A stretch of DNA of 64,000 nt from an uncultured virus (IMG/VR IMGVR_UViG_3300042351_001072) (taxonomy: Duplodnaviria; Heunggongvirae; Uroviricota; Caudoviricetes), in the IMG/VR virus record IMGVR_UViG_3300042351_001072; one strand, written 5' to 3'. Shown here piece by piece: positions 49,121 to 57,563 of this stretch. The number at the start of each line of letters is the position of its first letter. Position 1 is the first letter of the stretch. Made by a program: the position numbers and the translations under genes. The notes under the pieces were generated by a model. It saw nothing but the letters and a program-made list of their open reading frames with translations. It was not told where the DNA came from and did no database searches.

Positions 49121-49824
49121 TCCCAATATCCTTTATCATCCTCAAAATGATTTTTATTATTCCTGTTGAAGAATGAACTAACCATAAGTTTTAACATATA
49201 CCACACACCTTTCTGTTTGAACCTTCTTGGACTTGTGAATACCGTTGTATTCATGATATAAAACTTGCTTGGTTTAACTTGTTTGGAGAATAGATAATCC
49301 TCAGCAACTCTTGCGTTTTCATCAAACCCACCGATTGTATTATATACTTCTTTCTTAACCATCATAAACCCACCAAGACAAAATGGTGTTATTGGTTTGA
49401 ATACCTTTTGTATGGTATCAAACAATCTGAATATACTATTATACTCACCCGTTGTTGATCTTACTTTACACGTAATCAAATCTGTGTTATGTAATAAGAA
49501 CTCTAACATACAATTGTTTAATATGTCAAAATCCAATAAGAATATGTCGGCATCCAAAAATAGGACATAAGGTGTTTCCACATTCTTTGCTCCCTTATTT
49601 CTTGCAACAGACGGAAGTCCTCCTGAAATAATCTGTAGATTAAAATAATCTGATCTTCTATTTTCCAAAGAATAGGATGTATAATCATCATCCGATGAAT
49701 CACAAACAATAACTCTAACATCTTGTATTCCCTTTTGAAAGTTTAATAAGGACAACGTTTGTTCTATTATCTTACCCTCGTTCTTACAAGGGATTACAAT
49801 GGTCAATAAATTTGATAAATCCAT
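49117..49824 (-). CDS. Glycosyltransferase family 2
   Basis: IVIPCKNE, ARNKGA, FLDAD, GGFDE..AED, TSPRRF. Confidence 0.88.
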   Translation of the reverse strand: MDLSNLLTIVIPCKNEGKIIEQTLSLLNFQKGIQDVRVIVCDSSDDDYTSYSLENRRSDYFNLQIISGGLPSVARNKGAKNVETPYVLFLDADIFLLDFDILNNCMLEFLLHNTDLITCKVRSTTGEYNSIFRLFDTIQKVFKPITPFCLGGFMMVKKEVYNTIGGFDENARVAEDYLFSKQVKPSKFYIMNTTVFTSPRRFKQKGVWYMLKLMVSSFFNRNNKNHFEDDKGYWE

Positions 49825-49886
49825 AATAATAAGTATAATTCATATTACACTTATTATATAACTTAACAATTTAATAATAAATATTT

Positions 49887-50708
49887 TTATGTAATAAAAT
49901 TGGTTACGTAACCTAACGCACCCCAGTGATTAACACCATCTGGAGTATCTGTTGATCCTGGAACAACACCTTTACCTCTAAAGTCTGTTGATCCTGTAAT
50001 AACATTTTCATTTGGGACTCCCATAGAAACCGCATCATTTACTGAATCAAATACACTTGATGCCTTAGCGTAAGATTCTACAATAAATAACCTATCTTTG
50101 TATTTGATCTCTTCTGCAATCTGTGAAGAGTATTTACACGCAGCACTAAATAAAACAACATAAGACTCAGGGTTTTTTCTAATAGCATCTAATACTCCCT
50201 GTAAATTGTTATACCTAAAACCTATAATATTTTTATTTGGTAATTTATTTTTTAATACTTCAACTTGTTGGTCTATATTAAGATCACCAGGTCTTGTATC
50301 TAAACCACCCATTAATATAACATCACCACTTGAGACATTGGTTTGTGAATCATCTTCTTTCTCAGGTTCGTCAACTTTTTTAATTATATCAATTGATTTA
50401 GAGTCAGTTTTACAAAAATCAGGTGTAACCCACTCAACTTTTCTATCCTCCAAATCTTTTAATTTACCTTTTGTTATATCCCCAACAATCCCGTCACTAT
50501 CAATTTCCATTGCTTTTTGGAACTCTTGGACACAGGATTTTGTTTGTCTACCAAATTCACCATCTTTATGAATACCTAATAATTCTTGTAGTAATTCAAC
50601 CTCATCACCGCTTGACCCTATTTTTAAGATAGATGTTATATCTGATACGGATTCAGTTATGATCCCCATCATTTCTTTAATTCTTTGTATGTTTTCTTTT
50701 AGGTTCAT
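49887..50708 (-). CDS. Leader + peptidoglycan-binding domain + alpha/beta-hydrolase-like domain
   Basis: MNLKENIQRIKEMMGIITE; GSSGDEVELLQ..DGIVGDIT; VLFSAA..HW. Confidence 0.7.
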   Translation of the reverse strand: MNLKENIQRIKEMMGIITESVSDITSILKIGSSGDEVELLQELLGIHKDGEFGRQTKSCVQEFQKAMEIDSDGIVGDITKGKLKDLEDRKVEWVTPDFCKTDSKSIDIIKKVDEPEKEDDSQTNVSSGDVILMGGLDTRPGDLNIDQQVEVLKNKLPNKNIIGFRYNNLQGVLDAIRKNPESYVVLFSAACKYSSQIAEEIKYKDRLFIVESYAKASSVFDSVNDAVSMGVPNENVITGSTDFRGKGVVPGSTDTPDGVNHWGALGYVTNFIT

Positions 50709-50899
50709 ATATTATAAATATATTAAAAACAAAAAAGGAAATCTAAAATAGACTTCCTTTTTTGTAATAAGTGTGTATAACAAATGATAAACAACATTAA
50801 AACGATTGTTTATCATCGGACGTTATGTGTAAGTGTTCTGTTCATCGTTCTAATCAACATTTCAGTTGAAAATTTTAAAAGAAAAATCCCACCCACATT

Positions 50900-51490
50900 T
50901 TATAACAATCCGTCTTTTATTATGTTTTCTTTTGGTATGTGTGGTATTTTATTTGATAAAACTAAAACTTCTTCTTCATCCCTAAATCTATTTTCGTCTA
51001 ATCCAATATAATCTATGACATTATTTATATCAAATAAAACATCATCATTATTTACATTAAATTTAAACACAATATAATATTTATATCTTCTTTTTGATGT
51101 TTTCAATAAAACTGATTTTATTCCCTTTAATGATTTTGAACAAGCATAATATTTTTGATTTTCCAAAACATCAAACCCATTTTTTAAAACCTTTTCATAC
51201 AAAGTTTTGCTTTTAGTTTGAAATACTCTATATAAAACACCTTCATATTTTAATTCTTGTGGTATATTTCCTTTAAAATAATTTATAAAAATATCAATGT
51301 TTTCAACACTGTCCAATATAGTTCCACCATCTAAATGATAAAGTAATTTATCCTTAAAAATATTTTTGTTTTCGTTTAAGAACTCCTTAAAATTCTTAAC
51401 TTTATCAATCATTTGTCTTATTTCTTTGCTCATAATTTTATCTTTAGTTTCTTCCCTTAATATTCTTTGTATGTTTTCAAATAAATTCAT
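50900..51490 (-). CDS. Double-leader ADP-ribosyltransferase-like protein
   Basis: MNLFENIQRILREET then MSKEIRQMIDKVKNFKEFLNE; LYRV..ACSKS..DEEEVLV (R-S-ExE pattern). Confidence 0.6.
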   Translation of the reverse strand: MNLFENIQRILREETKDKIMSKEIRQMIDKVKNFKEFLNENKNIFKDKLLYHLDGGTILDSVENIDIFINYFKGNIPQELKYEGVLYRVFQTKSKTLYEKVLKNGFDVLENQKYYACSKSLKGIKSVLLKTSKRRYKYYIVFKFNVNNDDVLFDINNVIDYIGLDENRFRDEEEVLVLSNKIPHIPKENIIKDGLL

Positions 51491-51494
51491 ATTT

Positions 51495-52139
51495 TTAAAA
51501 TTCAATAGTAATTGTGTTAGGAAGTTTACTTAAACGATTAAAATGCTCCTCACAACTTTTACGATTATTGTCATTGTCGTCGTATCTGTCATCAATGGTC
51601 ATAACAATAATATCCACACCTTTGAAGGTATTTCGTAATTTCTTTTGAATAAATGATTCGTACTTATCCATAGTATATTTTATTTTAGTTACAATTGCAA
51701 CCAAATAAAGTTTATTTCTACCTACGGTAACTGAAACAAAACAAGGTTTATAATTTGACCTACTTAAATATTCACCACTCACTCCATCAATATATTCAGC
51801 AATAAATTCAATTTTTTTTAGGTCTGATGGTTTAACATCTTTATCTTCAGATTCATTTATATATTCATCACAACTTAATTGTGCGTTTTCAAAGTAATCC
51901 AAAAACTCCTCAAAATATCTTTCTCTTATTAAATGATGCAGATCAATTGCAATATTATCATCCTCTAAATTGTTATTATTTACAAAGTTTTCTACCACCC
52001 AATTAGTTATCTCCCTGAAGTATATATAAAACTTATCTTCATCGTAATCACAAGGTGTTACTTCATGGTAAACCTCATCAATAAGATCATCAATTTGTTT
52101 CAGTCTTCTAAGTAAAAATGGATTAAAACGGTCTTTCAT
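51495..52139 (-). CDS. RR..C..C unit fused via YINE to a second domain
   Basis: PFLLRRL, TPCDY, LSC; second domain also has a Cys pair. Confidence 0.8.
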   Translation of the reverse strand: MKDRFNPFLLRRLKQIDDLIDEVYHEVTPCDYDEDKFYIYFREITNWVVENFVNNNNLEDDNIAIDLHHLIRERYFEEFLDYFENAQLSCDEYINESEDKDVKPSDLKKIEFIAEYIDGVSGEYLSRSNYKPCFVSVTVGRNKLYLVAIVTKIKYTMDKYESFIQKKLRNTFKGVDIIVMTIDDRYDDNDNNRKSCEEHFNRLSKLPNTITIEF

Positions 52140-52217
52140 ATAGTATAAATATATTTAAAAATTGTTTTAACGAAATAGTAATTGATTATCTCATATGTGA
52201 TTGGTATTATTGTATTT

Positions 52218-52592
52218 ATGAACCTTGAAAAACAATTTCATTTATTCCAAGATTTCTTAATTGAAATGAGTAATGGTGCAATATCTCACGTTAGGTCAAT
52301 TAATCTTAAAAAACTTGATAAACCAATATTAAGATATGAACTTGACCGTACCACTGTTAGTAGACCTGTTAGTAGAGAGTCATTTAATTATGAAGATTTG
52401 GATATGAGGGCTCACGTTACGGAATACATATTAACAATTGATATTATTGCTAAATGTAATATAGATAAAATATGGTGCGATGATTTGGTTAATATGTTTC
52501 GTGGAACATTTAGTTCTTTAATACCAGCAAAATGTAAGATTGATATAATACCGTTAACTAATGAACCTACCCCAAGAAATTGGTTAGCTTAA
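52218..52592 (+). CDS. Hypothetical protein
   Basis: ORF; start MNLEKQ likely. Confidence 0.6.
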   Translation: MNLEKQFHLFQDFLIEMSNGAISHVRSINLKKLDKPILRYELDRTTVSRPVSRESFNYEDLDMRAHVTEYILTIDIIAKCNIDKIWCDDLVNMFRGTFSSLIPAKCKIDIIPLTNEPTPRNWLA

Positions 52593-53143
52593 CCCCATTG
52601 AATATGTATGTCATCAAATTCTATTCCAAATGAATGTGCGGTACTTTGAACAAAATCATTAATCATGTCTTTTATCTCAACATCTAATTCCCACCAAAGT
52701 TCTTCAGTTATTGATTCATGATCAGTTAAATCATATTCCATACCATTTGTTATTAATGTAACACTACCGTGAGTAATATCAAAATCAACAAATATTTCAA
52801 CTTGATTATTTTCTTCTCTTACAAAAACACTTGGAAATTTAAATGAAAAATCATATCCACCTGTATAAACACCAGCATCTTCCATGTCATCAGTACTGAA
52901 CTCCTCTCTATTGGTCAGATATCTTTCAAACTCTTTTCTCAGGTCATATACATTACCCATATATTCTCTATAATAACCTAATATATCCTTTGCTTTACTA
53001 CGAAAACCAAGTTTTTTTACCATTACTGGGTTGAATCTTGGTACCTCACCTAAAGATTTTTGTTCATCCCAAAGATCAAAGAAATATTTCTTCACAGGAT
53101 TAACCTTTTCTTCCATCAATATTTTCCTGATAAGATCTCTCAT
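52589..53143 (-). CDS. Leader-bearing acidic protein; paralog of 53368..53958
   Basis: MRDLIRKILMEEKVNPVKKYFFDLWDE. Confidence 0.8.
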   Translation of the reverse strand: MRDLIRKILMEEKVNPVKKYFFDLWDEQKSLGEVPRFNPVMVKKLGFRSKAKDILGYYREYMGNVYDLRKEFERYLTNREEFSTDDMEDAGVYTGGYDFSFKFPSVFVREENNQVEIFVDFDITHGSVTLITNGMEYDLTDHESITEELWWELDVEIKDMINDFVQSTAHSFGIEFDDIHIQWG

Positions 53144-53203
53144 ATAAAATATAAATATCACATAAAAACAAAACCTGAGACGTAGTTCCTCAGGTCAATG
53201 GTA

Positions 53204-53344
53204 TTAATCCACATTCTTATGTTTTTTCTTACGAGTGTAACATTTCTTACTCTTTTGAACAATAGGTCTTGTCGCAGCCCATATCTCTTGAATTGTAATC
53301 TCAATAGTTTTCATCTTTCCGTATGTTTGAATATTGTTTGACAT
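53204..53344 (-). CDS. 46-aa basic micro-protein, ArfA-like C-terminal motif (not in ORF track)
   Basis: MSNNIQTYGKMKTIEITIQEIWAATRPIVQKSKKCYTRKKKHKNVD; TATATTTG at 53356-53363; hairpin terminator follows. Confidence 0.6.
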   Translation of the reverse strand: MSNNIQTYGKMKTIEITIQEIWAATRPIVQKSKKCYTRKKKHKNVD

Positions 53345-53367
53345 AATTAATTATACAAATATACAAA

Positions 53368-53958
53368 TTATTTTAATATATCCACATCAGCATCAGTAAT
53401 TTCTGTACCATATTTTATTGCGAAGTCAATAATAAATGATTGAACTATTGTTTTAATCTCATCCTGTACATCAAAATAAGTAGACATATCATCTATTTCA
53501 TTATTACCCCTTGAAATGTTGTACCTTACCTGAGTATATTCATCTTGATCTTCATCATATTCGTCTAAATTTATATAACCTTCAAGTATATCAACATCAG
53601 CCTCAATGTTTTTATCTCCAAATATATATTTATCAACACGAACATTACTTAACTTAAACGTGAATATTAAATCTTCATCACCCCATTGTCTTCTAAAACT
53701 AAGGTCATCAGAATGAAATACCTGAGACGATAAAAAATCCAATAAATTCTCTTCACCAACACTTTCCCCACCAATGTATTCAGTATAGTAATCACTTATC
53801 TCTATTGATCGTTTTCTAAAACCAAGTTTACCAATCAAACTATAATCAATAGTCGGATATTCACCATTAGATCTCATTTCATCCCAATGATCAAAGAAGA
53901 ACTTTTTGATTGGGTTCATCTTTTCTTCTTTTAATATTTTTCTAATTAACTCTTTCAT
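53368..53958 (-). CDS. Leader-bearing acidic protein
   Basis: MKELIRKILKEEKMNPIKKFFFDHWDE. Confidence 0.8.
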   Translation of the reverse strand: MKELIRKILKEEKMNPIKKFFFDHWDEMRSNGEYPTIDYSLIGKLGFRKRSIEISDYYTEYIGGESVGEENLLDFLSSQVFHSDDLSFRRQWGDEDLIFTFKLSNVRVDKYIFGDKNIEADVDILEGYINLDEYDEDQDEYTQVRYNISRGNNEIDDMSTYFDVQDEIKTIVQSFIIDFAIKYGTEITDADVDILK

Positions 53959-54107
53959 TATTCCATAAATATAGTTAAAAATACTCTACTATCGTATATT
54001 CTATAATATTTCCATAGGTGTTAATCCAATCAATACATTCCTGTTGTGTTGCGTTTTCCAACATGATATCCCTTGTTGATATTTCTATTACGTTATAAGT
54101 TTCCATA

Positions 54108-55007
54108 TTAACTAAATGTTAAAGTTATTGTTTGTGATGGAGCACCAACCGTAGATTGATTTGTTCCACCCCAGTTTGCATTATTAATCATAGGTCTAAG
54201 TGCGTATGTACTACTCGCAGTACAACTACCAACATTTGAGAACTCAACCGCAACACCACCAATTTTAGGGGTACCACAACCTGTCCCAACAAACCAAACA
54301 TTGGCTCCGATTGTAACATTTCCAACAGTTGCAGTTCTTAAGTTATTTGCAAGAGTTTGTACTTTTGTTGGGTCGGAAACCGTTATTGAACTTCCATTGG
54401 TACTTGACCAAACAAATTGTGTATATGTGGTACCAGTTAATTGACTTCTAAATGTATTCCAAGCAGTTTCCATAGCTGACGTTGGCGCAACTCCTTGAGT
54501 AAATGCCTGAAAGAATGTAACACCACTAGCTGGCACTGACGAAGTTGTAGGTGTTGGTGTCGGTGTACTTGTTAAGGTTTGTGTTGGTGTTTGCGTAGGT
54601 GTTTGAGTTGGTGTTTGAGTTTGTGTAGGCGTAGGTGTTGGGGTTAGAACAACAACCCATGAACTCCAAAAACCTAACGATTCCAAATAATACTTACAAT
54701 CATTCCCATTTGTAAAACTTTGTCCATAAACACCATTAACTAAATCAACAAATGATTGTTCTGTCTTAAGTTTAGATCTATAAAATCTAACATAAGCAGG
54801 TACGTTATCAGGATTAGGTTGATTACCACTAAGGTTAGGTCTACATATAACATAACCCAAATCTTCATCAGGACCTTCCCACCATCTAACACCACCAATT
54901 CCACCTGTATAATCTAACGGATCAACACCAATAGCTAAGTCACCAACTTGGTCGGTGCCAGGTATTAATGACCCTGTATTATATGCAAATGGTCTTGATG
55001 TTGGCAT
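54108..55007 (-). CDS. Putative virion surface protein with Pro-Thr linker
   Basis: N-domain MPTSRPFAYN.., (TP/TQ)n linker at ~54545-54645, beta-rich C-domain. Confidence 0.65.
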   Translation of the reverse strand: MPTSRPFAYNTGSLIPGTDQVGDLAIGVDPLDYTGGIGGVRWWEGPDEDLGYVICRPNLSGNQPNPDNVPAYVRFYRSKLKTEQSFVDLVNGVYGQSFTNGNDCKYYLESLGFWSSWVVVLTPTPTPTQTQTPTQTPTQTPTQTLTSTPTPTPTTSSVPASGVTFFQAFTQGVAPTSAMETAWNTFRSQLTGTTYTQFVWSSTNGSSITVSDPTKVQTLANNLRTATVGNVTIGANVWFVGTGCGTPKIGGVAVEFSNVGSCTASSTYALRPMINNANWGGTNQSTVGAPSQTITLTFS

Positions 55008-55810
55008 TATCTATTGTATGGTCTAAACCTCATTGGGTTTGCCTTAATTGCGGATTTAGGAAATCTTAATTTAGATCCCTGTTGTCTTGCATTTTTTAGT
55101 GTCCTTGCGTATTCCCACATTTCTCGTTTATTACTATTCTCCTGTTCTTTAATATTAAAGATAAAATGTATTCTCCACTTATTAATTATTCTATCCGCAA
55201 TAAGATAAATAAAATCATCATAATCAATCCATTCTGATATACTATTAAAAGTTAAATTTAAATCAACTTCAAACATTGGAATGGTACTTATACCTTTTCT
55301 TCTTTCTATATTTACAATACTTATTTTATCTATAGTATCAACAACATCGCAAGCTGAAGGTCTATAACCTTCCTCATCAGATAGCCATTCAGGAAAATCG
55401 TTGGTATCCAGTTCTTCACAATTATGTTTAATTTCCTCTAACGTTTCGTCAACAATGTCTTGGAATGTTTCCGTCATTGTTTCTTTACTTAACTTGTTAT
55501 TTATAGATTCGTTTATACCACCTCTACTTTTTCTTTCGTCATAATAATAACCCTTAAGTAATGAATCGTAAGTTTTAATCATATAGTCAATAAAATTATC
55601 CACATCATCCTGAGGTTGATCTTCAATTTCAATATTATATTTGTAATGTATATAATTTTCTAGTGTCGCCTTAACTAATTTATATTTAAATTCTTCAAGA
55701 CTTTTTGATTCAAAATAAATATAACCGATACCTTTCCTCATCATTTTTTCAAACTTATGATGGTCAATTCTTCTTTTAAAGAATGGTGATAAATTGTAAT
55801 CTTCTGACAT
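55007..55810 (-). CDS. Polyprotein: RR unit + acidic domain + basic C-terminal peptide
   Basis: SPFFKRRI; GINE junction; tail EYARTLKNARQQGSKLRFPKSAIKANPMRFRPYNR. Confidence 0.78.
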   Translation of the reverse strand: MSEDYNLSPFFKRRIDHHKFEKMMRKGIGYIYFESKSLEEFKYKLVKATLENYIHYKYNIEIEDQPQDDVDNFIDYMIKTYDSLLKGYYYDERKSRGGINESINNKLSKETMTETFQDIVDETLEEIKHNCEELDTNDFPEWLSDEEGYRPSACDVVDTIDKISIVNIERRKGISTIPMFEVDLNLTFNSISEWIDYDDFIYLIADRIINKWRIHFIFNIKEQENSNKREMWEYARTLKNARQQGSKLRFPKSAIKANPMRFRPYNR

Positions 55811-55902
55811 ATAATGATAAATACCAGTTAAATCAAAAAACATTTTGCCCATTGATAGTTCTTTTATTTTGTAAAGTCAAATGTTTTCACTATCTTTGAA
55901 GT

Positions 55903-56247
55903 ATGAAAGATATGAAAATTAAAGATATTGTGATGAAAGTTATTGACGTGTTGTACAACATCGTCGTTGGTGTATTAACTATGTTAGGTAAGGTGATTGT
56001 ATTCTTGATCACACTTGCTCAGTCAAGTAGTATTGAAAAGTCAAAGTCCGCAGTTGACTTTATCTTCTCAGATGTTAAACCTAAAGTTAAATCAACTGTA
56101 AATAACAGTTCAACAATTAATGTTGAGCCTAAAAACAAACGTCAAGAACTTGAGGATAGCCTTCGTTATTTAAAGTCCAAAGTTAAAAAAACCGTTCAAG
56201 ATAAAAATAACATTGGAGTTATTGAATCCGTTCTTAAAAATATGTAA
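55903..56247 (+). CDS. Membrane-anchored hypothetical protein (host-type promoter)
   Basis: TATCTTTG at 55891-55898 with upstream TTTG. Confidence 0.72.
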   Translation: MKDMKIKDIVMKVIDVLYNIVVGVLTMLGKVIVFLITLAQSSSIEKSKSAVDFIFSDVKPKVKSTVNNSSTINVEPKNKRQELEDSLRYLKSKVKKTVQDKNNIGVIESVLKNM

Positions 56248-56261
56248 CGGTAATACTTTTA

Positions 56262-56501
56262 TCAAATGTGTTTAATGTTTTTTGTTATATTAGTAAACCA
56301 ATTTGGACCATACTTATCTTTGTAATAATTATTGTTTTGTCCTCGTTTACTTTCTTTATCATAAAACCCACTTAAATATGCTCTATTAACAATATTTTCT
56401 TCAACAGATTTTAGATTATTTAATTTTTCTACAATCTGATCGTTAGTTGGGTTCTCCTCTTGAATAAATTTGATAAGTGCATCTACTGGTGTTTTTTCCA
56501 T
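56262..56501 (-). CDS. Hypothetical protein
   Basis: Start likely MEKTPVD. Confidence 0.65.
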   Translation of the reverse strand: MEKTPVDALIKFIQEENPTNDQIVEKLNNLKSVEENIVNRAYLSGFYDKESKRGQNNNYYKDKYGPNWFTNITKNIKHI

Positions 56502-56505
56502 AATA

Positions 56506-56754
56506 TTATAAATAAGTATCTTCAACAAAAATTGGTGTTTTCTCACCCACATAAGCCCCAACAATATTATAGTAATAATGTTCAAGAGCGTCTTCCTCAG
56601 TCATATCCTCACTCATTAGTATTTCAATTACTTTTGATTTGGAATACACTAACCTCATACTATTCTCTTCTATCCCTATGATACCATCATCAAGACCATC
56701 AGCCTTTAATATTTCCTCATCAGGATAATTCTCAACTATCTGATCAAGTATCAT
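56506..56754 (-). CDS. Conserved small phage protein (ADGLDDGIIG..YNIVGAYVGEKTP)
   Basis: Motif recognisable from many phage hypothetical proteins. Confidence 0.75.
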   Translation of the reverse strand: MILDQIVENYPDEEILKADGLDDGIIGIEENSMRLVYSKSKVIEILMSEDMTEEDALEHYYYNIVGAYVGEKTPIFVEDTYL

Positions 56755-56957
56755 TTTCTTCTCCCTCTTATTTTTTGAAAGAAACTAACATATATAGTTG
56801 CAATCAAAATATATAATGTCGCACTAATCCACAATGGAGCAGTTACCCACCACCAAGACCAATCAATATAATTTGTAAGTTTTAGGACTAAGAATATTAA
56901 AAATAGAATGGTTCCTAAACCCATTCCTCCACCTGTGTTACTACTTTTATTTCCCAT
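56751..56957 (-). CDS. Small membrane protein (LKLT..IDWSWWWVTAPLW family)
   Basis: Recognisable phage TM motif. Confidence 0.75.
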   Translation of the reverse strand: MGNKSSNTGGGMGLGTILFLIFLVLKLTNYIDWSWWWVTAPLWISATLYILIATIYVSFFQKIRGRRK

Positions 56958-56984
56958 ATTTTAATTATATGGGTTTTGATTTAA

Positions 56985-57563
56985 TTAGTCAATATAGTCA
57001 GGATCATTTTCTGATAACCATTCAAACATTTCCAATCTACATTCTTCTAACCAATCAGTACAGGTATCAATAATACTATCGTAGTAGTTTGAATTAAACC
57101 AATCTAATAACTCGGATATTTTATAAAACTCAAAATTAATCTCAACAGGATAATATAATTGTGGATCATTTTCATAATTACGATTCCAATTATTATAAAA
57201 AATCAAATTTATTGGTAAAATATCACTACCATCCCAAAACATAGTTGCGTAACCGCCCATACTTTCTTTACTTTTTTTAAATGTAATTTCAAAAGTCCAA
57301 GATCCCACCATGCTATCAATATCAAGTTTAACATCAACACCCTTATTACTAAAAGTTCTTGGTAAAACTTTCTTTTTAAAAATATAATAACTTAATATAT
57401 CATTACACTCTTCGTTAGTAAATGGTGTTGTTTTTTGAAACATTATATCAGCCAACTTAATAGGAAACTTATATCTTTTTAATGTTTCTATTAGACCAAA
57501 CTCCTCAACAGATTGATCAACCTCATGTTTAATATTATCAATATTTGATTCACTAATAATCAT
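56985..57563 (-). CDS. Hypothetical protein with short leader variant
   Basis: MIISESN; coupled to upstream gene. Confidence 0.72.
   Translation of the reverse strand: MIISESNIDNIKHEVDQSVEEFGLIETLKRYKFPIKLADIMFQKTTPFTNEECNDILSYYIFKKKVLPRTFSNKGVDVKLDIDSMVGSWTFEITFKKSKESMGGYATMFWDGSDILPINLIFYNNWNRNYENDPQLYYPVEINFEFYKISELLDWFNSNYYDSIIDTCTDWLEECRLEMFEWLSENDPDYID

Noticed and set aside
16927..55852. 5' extensions of track ORFs (16983, 18220, 20548, 24595, 25797, 27635, 28550, 30196, 55852 etc.)
   Set aside because: They run through terminator/promoter DNA or the upstream gene; conserved leaders mark the downstream ATG as the real start
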